Shown here in pieces: positions 57,504 to 64,000 of a stretch of 64,000 bases of DNA (its first letter is position 1; each line of letters begins with the position of its first letter). The notes beneath the pieces were generated by a model that saw only the letters and a list, made by a program, of their open reading frames with translations, searched no databases and was not told the origin of the DNA. Source of the stretch: Acidimicrobiia bacterium (GTDB lineage Bacteria > Actinomycetota > Acidimicrobiia > IMCC26256 > JBMOIJ01); the NCBI GenBank assembly GCA_049317385.1, contig JBMOIJ010000011.1, positions 2,580 through 66,579 on the forward strand. The letters are read 5' to 3'. The position numbers were made by a program, and so were the translations under genes.

Positions 57504-58619
57504 GTGGAGTCTGCGCCCATTGCCGTGCCCGAACCGATCCTGTTGGACCTGGCTGCTCGGCTGCATGCCACGCGCTGGCCCGAACCGCTCGACGAGTTGG
57601 ATTGGGAGGTCGGCACGCCCCGGCCGGCGCTGCGCGCGCTGTGCCACGAATGGGCCACGGACTACGACTGGTCGACGACCGAGGCGCAGATCAACGCGTT
57701 CGATCCCACGGTCACCGAGATCGATGGGCAGCGAGTGCATTTCCTGCACGCGCGCTCGGAGAACCCGGATGCGATGCCGTTGATCCTGTCGCACGGTTGG
57801 CCAGGTTCGGTGATCGAGTTTCTTGACGTGATCGAACCGCTGCGCGCCACGTTCCATGTGGTGGTGCCGTCGTTGCCGGGCTACGGGTTCAGCGGGCCCA
57901 CTCGTGAAACCGGTTGGAGCACGGTGCGCATCGCGCGTGCGTTCGCGGAACTGATGGCGCGCCTCGGGTACGACCGCTACTTCGCACAAGGTGGCGATTG
58001 GGGTTCGTTCATCACGCAGAACTTGGCGCGGGTCGACCCCGAGCACTGTGTGGGCATTCATCTGAACATGGTGGTGGCCGGTCCGCCGGCCGATGGGGGC
58101 CCACCGCTCACCGAGTCGGAGCAGGAAGCCGTGGCCGCACTCGGTCACTACATGACCGACGGCGCGGGCTACATGCAGATCCAGAACACGCGCCCGCAGT
58201 CGTTGTCGTACGGGCTCACCGATTCGCCGGCGGGGCTGGCGGGGTGGATCCTGGAGAAGTTCTACGCGTGGACCGATGGGCCGCGGGTGCTCGACGATTT
58301 GGCGTTCCGGCGCCGGGTGCTCGACAACCTCACGGTGTACTGGGCCACCAACACGGCGGGATCGGCGGCGCGCCTCTACTGGGAGGAACGCCAGGCCGGC
58401 TTGCGGGGCGACGCGTTGCGCGGCCGCATAGAAACACCCACGGGATGTGCGGTGTACCCCTGCGAGATCATTCGGGCGCCGCGCGCCTGGGCCGAAGCGG
58501 CGTTCAACGTGGTGCAGTGGACCGAGCACGAGCATGGCGGCCACTTCGCCGCCCTCGAAGCTCCCGACGCCTTCGTCGCCGACCTCGAATCCTTCACCCT
58601 TTCCCTTTTGGCGCGCTGA
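57504..58619 (+). CDS. epoxide hydrolase (EHN N-domain plus alpha/beta fold)
   Basis: L.DL..RL..TRWPE, HGWPGS, nucleophile GGDWGS, and a C-terminal HGGHFAALE. The start is uncertain (GTG 57504 or 57525). Confidence 0.85.
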   Translation: MESAPIAVPEPILLDLAARLHATRWPEPLDELDWEVGTPRPALRALCHEWATDYDWSTTEAQINAFDPTVTEIDGQRVHFLHARSENPDAMPLILSHGWPGSVIEFLDVIEPLRATFHVVVPSLPGYGFSGPTRETGWSTVRIARAFAELMARLGYDRYFAQGGDWGSFITQNLARVDPEHCVGIHLNMVVAGPPADGGPPLTESEQEAVAALGHYMTDGAGYMQIQNTRPQSLSYGLTDSPAGLAGWILEKFYAWTDGPRVLDDLAFRRRVLDNLTVYWATNTAGSAARLYWEERQAGLRGDALRGRIETPTGCAVYPCEIIRAPRAWAEAAFNVVQWTEHEHGGHFAALEAPDAFVADLESFTLSLLAR

Positions 58620-58672
58620 TCGGGGCGGTTTCCACCACCATTCGCGCGCCAGAACGGGAGGGTGGGGGTGCG

Positions 58673-59587
58673 TCAGGTGTAGGTGAGGGGGCCGGTGAGC
58701 ACGTCGCAGCCGTCGTCGGTCACCAGGACCGTGTGTTCGAACTGCGCCGAGCGGGACAGGTCGCGGGTGATGGCCGTCCATCCGTCGTCCCACATCTGAC
58801 CGGTGCGCCAGTCACCCTCGTTGATCATGGGTTCGATGGTGAAGGTCATGCCCGGTTCCATGATGGTGTTGGCCCGCTCGTCGTAGTAGTGCAGCACTGA
58901 CGGCGGCATGTGGAAGGTGGCGCCGATGCCGTGGCCCACGAAGTCGCGCACCACGCCGTAGCCCCCCGCTTCGGCATGATCTTGGATGGCGCGACCGATG
59001 TCGCTGACGGGCCGACCCGGCTTCACCGCCGCCACACCGAGTTCGAGGCACTCGCGGGTGACACGCACGAGGCGTTGGCCCGCTTCGTCGACGCGCCCCA
59101 CGAAGAACATCTTCGAACAGTCGCCGTGCACGCCGTCGATGAAGATGGTGACGTCGCAGTTGACGATGTCGCCGTCTTCGAGCGCGCGACTGTCGGGGAT
59201 ACCGTGACAGATCACCTCGTTGACCGACGTGCACAGGCTCTTGGGATACCCGTGGTAGTTGAGCGGGCTGGGGTAGCCGCCGCGCCGCACGGTCTCGGCG
59301 TGGATGAACTCGTCGAGTTCTTCGGTGCGCACACCTGGGCGCACCATTCCGTCGAGCGAGTCGAGCAGCGCGCGGCCCTCACTACCGGCTCGGCGCATGC
59401 GTTCGATTTCGTCGGGCGTCTTGATGAGTGACTCGCCGTCGAAGCGGCTGGGTTGGCCCACCAACGCGTAGTCGGGGCGGCTGATGTTGGCTGGCACTGT
59501 GCGCATCGGCGAGATGGTGCCCTGGCGGACGGGTTTGCGGCCGTTGAGTGCTGCTTGGCGGTTGCGTTCGCGTTGCTTGCGTCCCAT
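58673..59587 (-). CDS. map: methionine aminopeptidase type I (with N-terminal extension)
   Basis: VCHGIP, D.V.CDV, VGHGIG, MTFTIEP, FEHT. ATG 59587 gives 304 aa. Confidence 0.95.
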   Translation of the reverse strand: MGRKQRERNRQAALNGRKPVRQGTISPMRTVPANISRPDYALVGQPSRFDGESLIKTPDEIERMRRAGSEGRALLDSLDGMVRPGVRTEELDEFIHAETVRRGGYPSPLNYHGYPKSLCTSVNEVICHGIPDSRALEDGDIVNCDVTIFIDGVHGDCSKMFFVGRVDEAGQRLVRVTRECLELGVAAVKPGRPVSDIGRAIQDHAEAGGYGVVRDFVGHGIGATFHMPPSVLHYYDERANTIMEPGMTFTIEPMINEGDWRTGQMWDDGWTAITRDLSRSAQFEHTVLVTDDGCDVLTGPLTYT

Positions 59588-59650
59588 TGCCTCCAGTCTC
59601 GCATCTGGAATGGTTTCGATGCGGAGGCGGGGATCGGGAAGAATGGCCGG

Positions 59651-61501
59651 ATGCCTTCGTTGTCCGAGGAAGTCTCCCGCGCTGTTGAAGCGGCGCTTGT
59701 CAGCGAGTTCGACGTGCCGGCAGCCGATGCCGACGCTGTGCTCCGCCGCTCCGATTTCGCCGATTTCCAGGCGAACTTCGCCATGGCGTTGGGGAAGCGG
59801 TTGGGGGTGGCGCCGCGCGAGGTGGCCCAGAAGGTGGTCGACAGCGGGGCGTTGGCGCAGGTGGCGGCGGTCGCCGAGGTAGCCGGCCCGGGCTTCGTGA
59901 ACCTCACAGTGCGCGACGACGTGTTGTTGGCGCGCCTGGCGCGGGTCCTGACCGACGACCGGCTCGGGGTGGAGCCCCGCCCAACCGGCGGCACCATCGT
60001 CGAGTACTCGAGCCCGAACTTGGCCAAGGAACTCCACGTCGGCCACATCCGGGGTCAGGTCATCGGCGACTCGCTGGCCCGCATCATCGAATACTCGGGC
60101 GACCCGGTGTGGCTCCAGGACCACTTCGGCGACTGGGGTACGCAGTTCGGCATGCTCTTGGAGCTGTTGATCGACACGCGTGGTGGCGACGTCGAGTCCA
60201 ACGCCACGGTCGCCGACTTGAACGAGTGGTACCGCGAAGCGCGTGGTCGCTTCGACTCCGACCCTGAGTTCGCGGAGCGGGCGCGTCGACGTGTGGTGGA
60301 CCTCCAGTCCGAGACGCGCGCCACCGTTGCGCTGTGGGAAGAGTTCATCGGCGAGTCGTTGCGCCACTGTTACGGCGTGTACGAGCGCATGGGCTTGTTG
60401 CTCGGCCCGGCGGCGTTCGACGGGGAGAGCCGCTACAACGACGAACTCGACTGGATCGCCAAGGACCTCGAAGAGCGCGGCATCGCAGTGCGCGACGACG
60501 GTGCGCTCTGTGTGTTCCTCGAGGAACTTCGGCGCAAGGACGGCACCATTCCGCCGCTGATCGTGCAGAAGTCCGACGGTGGGTACGGCTACGCGGTCAC
60601 CGACCTGGCCACCATTCGTCACCGCACTCGTGAAGGCCGGGCGAAGCGCTGGCTTTATGTGGTGGACGCGCGCCAGGCGTTGCACTTCGAGCAGGTGTTC
60701 GCCACCGCGCGGCTCGCGGGGTACGTCGACCCCGACGTGCAGCTCAACCACGTGCAGTACGGGCAGGTGTTGGGGCAGGGTGGCACGCCGCTCAAGACTC
60801 GTGCGGGTGACACGCCCAACTTGGAACCGCTCATCGAAGAGGCGGTGCTGCGCGCGTCCGAGGCGTCGCGTGAGCGGCTGCCGGATGCACCGGCCGGCGA
60901 CATCGACACGCTGGGTCGCATCATTGGCATCGGTGCGTTGAAGTATGGCGACCTCGCCAACGATCGCACCGGGAACTACGTGCTCGACTTCGACCGCATG
61001 TTGGCGCTCGACGGCAACACCGCGCCGTACCTGCAGTACGCGCACGCGCGGGCATGTTCCATTTTGGCGAAGGCGGGCGTCACCACCACGGCCGTCCCGG
61101 CGGGGGCAACCCTGTCCACGGCCGAGGAGCGCACGCTGGTGATGGACCTGCTGGAGCTGCCCGATGCGGTCTTGAACGCGGCCGACGCATTGGCTCCGCA
61201 CCGCATTGCCACGTATTGCTTCAAGCTGGCATCCGATTTCACGAGCTTCTACGAGAAGTGTCCGGTGCTCAAGTCCGAGGGCGAGTTGCGTGAGCTGCGG
61301 TTGGCGCTGGTGCAGGCAACTGCATTGGTGTTGGCGCAGGCATTGTCACTGCTTGGGATCGAAGCGCCGATGCGTATCGATGTCGATCCTCAGGTGGCGG
61401 CGCCGCGCTGGCAGCCCACGGCATCGGGCCCGCTGACCATCGAGTCCGGCGAGTCGCCGGCGCGTGCGGCGCGCGACGCCGTCAAGCTGCTGCTCGACTG
61501 A
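59651..61501 (+). CDS. argS: arginine--tRNA ligase (with a 42-codon C-terminal extension)
   Basis: SPNLAKELHVGHIRG (HIGH-type motif) and a DALR anticodon-binding domain ...LLGIEAPM. The frame continues for 42 codons beyond that point. Confidence 0.95.
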   Translation: MPSLSEEVSRAVEAALVSEFDVPAADADAVLRRSDFADFQANFAMALGKRLGVAPREVAQKVVDSGALAQVAAVAEVAGPGFVNLTVRDDVLLARLARVLTDDRLGVEPRPTGGTIVEYSSPNLAKELHVGHIRGQVIGDSLARIIEYSGDPVWLQDHFGDWGTQFGMLLELLIDTRGGDVESNATVADLNEWYREARGRFDSDPEFAERARRRVVDLQSETRATVALWEEFIGESLRHCYGVYERMGLLLGPAAFDGESRYNDELDWIAKDLEERGIAVRDDGALCVFLEELRRKDGTIPPLIVQKSDGGYGYAVTDLATIRHRTREGRAKRWLYVVDARQALHFEQVFATARLAGYVDPDVQLNHVQYGQVLGQGGTPLKTRAGDTPNLEPLIEEAVLRASEASRERLPDAPAGDIDTLGRIIGIGALKYGDLANDRTGNYVLDFDRMLALDGNTAPYLQYAHARACSILAKAGVTTTAVPAGATLSTAEERTLVMDLLELPDAVLNAADALAPHRIATYCFKLASDFTSFYEKCPVLKSEGELRELRLALVQATALVLAQALSLLGIEAPMRIDVDPQVAAPRWQPTASGPLTIESGESPARAARDAVKLLLD

Positions 61502-62144
61502 ATTGCGCTACGAACCAGTCGGCGGCGAGCTTCTTCACTTCTTCGAGGGTGCCGGGCTCTTCGAAGAGGTGGGTCGCGCCGGGCACGATGCTCGTTTCGC
61601 GTTCGCAGTGCATCTGTGACGACGCGATCTCGTTGAGTTCGATCACTACCGTGTCGAGTGAGCCCACGATGAAGAGCGTGGGGGCGACCACGGTGGCGAG
61701 GAAGTCGCCCGCCAGGTCGGGGCGGCCACCTCGTGAGACCACTACGCTCACGGCTTCGGGGTGTTGGGCCGCGGCAATGAGCGCCGCGGCGGCACCAGTG
61801 CTGGCGCCGAAGTAGCCGATGGGCAGCGCGCGCACTGTTGGTTCGGTGCGCGCCCACTTCGTTGCCCCTTCGAGTCGTTGCGCGAGGAGTGGAATGTCGA
61901 AGCGGAACTCGCGGGTGATGTTGTCGACGCGTTCTTCGTCGGCGGTCAGCAAGTCCATGAGGAGCGTGGCGAGTCCGTGCGACTGCAAGTATGCGGCCAC
62001 GTCGCGGTTGCGCGGGCTGTGGCGACTGCTGCCGCTCCCATGGGCGAAGATCACGAGCCCGAGTGGTTGTTCTGGGACGACCAGGTCGCCGAATACGGAT
62101 GCGCCGCGTGCTTCGGGGATTTCGATGGCGGTGGTGATGCTCAT
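61482..62144 (-). CDS. dienelactone-hydrolase-like alpha/beta hydrolase
   Basis: FAHGSGSSRHSPRN, GYFGASTGAAAAL. 220 aa. The 3' end overlaps argS by 20 nt. Confidence 0.8.
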   Translation of the reverse strand: MSITTAIEIPEARGASVFGDLVVPEQPLGLVIFAHGSGSSRHSPRNRDVAAYLQSHGLATLLMDLLTADEERVDNITREFRFDIPLLAQRLEGATKWARTEPTVRALPIGYFGASTGAAAALIAAAQHPEAVSVVVSRGGRPDLAGDFLATVVAPTLFIVGSLDTVVIELNEIASSQMHCERETSIVPGATHLFEEPGTLEEVKKLAADWFVAQFSRAAA

Positions 62145-62207
62145 GGGCCCAGGGTCGCGCCGTTCCGGTGCCGCCGCACGAGCAGTCCGAGTCCTACGCT
62201 CGACGCC

Positions 62208-63635
62208 ATGACGTCACAGCTGCTCCTTGTGGTCGACCCGGTGCCCTGGGCGCGCGCGCAGATGGCACTCACGCTCGCCGCGCACATCATCTTGGTGCCG
62301 TTGGGGGTGTCGTGGGCGTTCATCGCGCTGGTGGCGAACTACCGCGCCATCAAGAAGCACGACGCCGACGCGTTGGAGCTTGCGCAACGCTGGTCGAAGT
62401 ACATGGCGGTCACGTTTGCGGTGGGCGCGGTCACGGGCACGGTGTTGAGTTTTGAGTTCGGGTTGTTGTGGCCCACGTTCATGGGGCGGTTCGGCGCGGC
62501 GTTCGGAATTCCGTTCGCGATCGAAGGGTTGTTCTTCTTCACCGAGGCCATCTTCATCGCCATCTACATCTATGGCTGGAAGCGGTTGAAGCCGTGGCCG
62601 CACTTCTGGACCGGGGTGCCGATCGTGATCGCCGGGATCGGCGGCAGTGTGGCGGTGGTGTCGGCGAATGCGTGGATGAACATGCCGTCGGGGTTCACGC
62701 TCGACGCGAACGGCACGGTGCAGACGGTGCGCCCGCTCGATGTGATCTTCAACGACGCCATGCCGTTGCAGGCGTTGCACATGGTGGTGGCTGCGTATTT
62801 GGTGGGCGGGTTCCTCATCGCGTCGGTGTACGCGTTCGCGATGTTGAAGGGCCGTCGGGAGCGGTACTACCGACTGGGGTTCATCATCCCGTTCACCGTG
62901 GCCGCCATTGCGGCGCCCACGCAGTTGATCGTGGGTGACTACTTGGCGCGCTTCGTGTTCGAGAACGAGCCCGCCAAGTTCGCGGCCATCGAGTTGGTGC
63001 CGCGCACCAGTCGCAATGTGCCCGAGCGCATCCTCGGCCGGCTCAACAACGACGGCACGGTGAGTGGCGGCATCAGCATCCCCGGGTTCGCGTCGTGGCT
63101 GTCGGATCCGGGTCAGGGCACCAGTACCGAGATCCAAGGGCTCGATGCGGTGCCGGTGGATTCGCGGCCCACGCCGCGTCAGGTCACGGTGGTGCACTGG
63201 GCGTGGGACGTGATGGTGGGGCTGGGCACTGGGTTGGCCGCGTTGGCCGCGTGGTTCGGCGGATCGTGGTTGTTCCGCCGGCGCATGCCCACCAGCAAGT
63301 GGTTCTTGTGGCCGGCTGCACTGGCCGGCATCGGGTCGGTCATTGCGATGGAAGCGGGGTGGGTGGTCACCGAGGTGGGCCGCCAACCGTGGATCGTGCG
63401 CAACTACATGCGCGTCGGCGAAGGCGCCACCACGAACACGGGCGTGTGGGTCACGTTCCTCGTGGTGAGTGCGATCTACCTTGCGCTCGGGGTGACCACG
63501 GTGTTGGTGTTGCGGGCGATGAGCCGGCGGTTCCGCGCTGGTGGTGGGCCGAGTGACACCGAGGTGCCGTACGGGCCGCGCGGGGGCGGGCCCGTTGACG
63601 AGGCGGCCACGAACGAACCGGTAGGTGTGGCGTGA
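62208..63635 (+). CDS. cydA: cytochrome bd ubiquinol oxidase subunit I
   Basis: ARAQMALTLAAHIILVPLGV, FAIEGLFFFTEAIF, GWVVTEVGRQPW. ATG 62208 is in frame with ORF 61761..63635. Confidence 0.95.
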   Translation: MTSQLLLVVDPVPWARAQMALTLAAHIILVPLGVSWAFIALVANYRAIKKHDADALELAQRWSKYMAVTFAVGAVTGTVLSFEFGLLWPTFMGRFGAAFGIPFAIEGLFFFTEAIFIAIYIYGWKRLKPWPHFWTGVPIVIAGIGGSVAVVSANAWMNMPSGFTLDANGTVQTVRPLDVIFNDAMPLQALHMVVAAYLVGGFLIASVYAFAMLKGRRERYYRLGFIIPFTVAAIAAPTQLIVGDYLARFVFENEPAKFAAIELVPRTSRNVPERILGRLNNDGTVSGGISIPGFASWLSDPGQGTSTEIQGLDAVPVDSRPTPRQVTVVHWAWDVMVGLGTGLAALAAWFGGSWLFRRRMPTSKWFLWPAALAGIGSVIAMEAGWVVTEVGRQPWIVRNYMRVGEGATTNTGVWVTFLVVSAIYLALGVTTVLVLRAMSRRFRAGGGPSDTEVPYGPRGGGPVDEAATNEPVGVA

Positions 63636-64000
63636 GCACAGTTGTCGCGCTCATCTTGTTCTTCGGCGTGGTGGCGTATGCCATCTTCGGCGGCGCCGAT
63701 TTCGGTGCGGGCTTCTGGGATCTGGTGGCCGGCGGTGCCGAGCGCGGCAAGCGGCCCCGGGCGCTCGTCGACCATGCGATCGGTCCAGTGTGGGAAGCGA
63801 ACCACGTGTGGTTGATCTTCGTGTTGGTTGTCTTGTGGACGGCGTTCCCGTCGGTGTTCGCGTCGATCATGCTCACGTTGTTCGTGCCGATGACGTTGGC
63901 CGCGTTGGGCATCGTGGCGCGTGGGTCGTCGTTTGCGTTCCGGAAGAACATGCGGCGGTTGCAGTACCGCCGGGTGTTCGGCGCGATGTTCGCCACCTCG
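63632..64000 (+). CDS. cydB: cytochrome bd ubiquinol oxidase subunit II (3' end lies outside the window)
   Basis: The GTG start overlaps the cydA stop (GTGA). Translation is VSTVVALILFFGVVAYAIFGGADFGAGFWDL...GPVWEANHVWLI. The frame is open to the window end. Confidence 0.9.
   Translation, partial: MSTVVALILFFGVVAYAIFGGADFGAGFWDLVAGGAERGKRPRALVDHAIGPVWEANHVWLIFVLVVLWTAFPSVFASIMLTLFVPMTLAALGIVARGSSFAFRKNMRRLQYRRVFGAMFATS

Noticed and set aside
58625-58662. Weak resemblance of GGCGGTTTCCACCACCATTCGCGCGCCAGAACGGGAGG to the family-1 element (epoxide hydrolase / map spacer)
   Set aside because: Only scattered matches (GGCG.TTTC.CAC...CCAG..AACG). There are no complementary arms, and the loop is not conserved. 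It is probably just a G-rich spacer with a modest CCACCACC/GGTGGGGG hairpin.

Overview
High-GC actinobacterial chromosomal segment, densely packed with about 69 protein genes, one tRNA and the tmRNA. I saw no transposase, integrase, CRISPR array or rRNA. Most of it is core housekeeping, in blocks whose gene order resembles Mycobacterium: ahcY, then comF-like-hpf-RR-secA-prfB, then ftsE-ftsX-M23 peptidase (1-12.5 kb). Further along come typA, carD, sod, smpB and ssrA, then mec-cysO-cysM-tsaC-murI-MBL-rph-rdgB (45-52 kb). The last part holds a penicillin-acylase homologue, tRNA-Leu(UAG), map, argS and cydAB. The middle part (about 24.9-43.2 kb) looks more accessory. It holds a secreted 7-blade beta-propeller protein, a CBM/beta-helix lipoprotein, a K+ channel, a soluble MCP, a PAS-GAF-PP2C phosphatase, an APH-like kinase and an LpqC-like esterase. 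The most notable signals are non-genic. (i) A conserved ~40-nt imperfect palindrome begins directly at the TGA stop of three + strand genes (3.0, 8.4 and 23.5 kb), with a degenerate half copy at 40.5 kb. (ii) A second hairpin family shares the arm GACTTTGCGTCGC (28.6 and 41.4 kb). (iii) A long RBS-sequestering leader hairpin plus tandem 9-mers lies upstream of the CBM/beta-helix gene. (iv) Gene order suggests a ~32.7-kb inversion separating ftsEX-M23 from smpB-ssrA. I could not support a novel multi-gene protein system (for example a defence island) from the sequence alone. The repeat families are the best candidates for something undescribed. All calls rest on reading the translations and motifs by eye; no database search was run.
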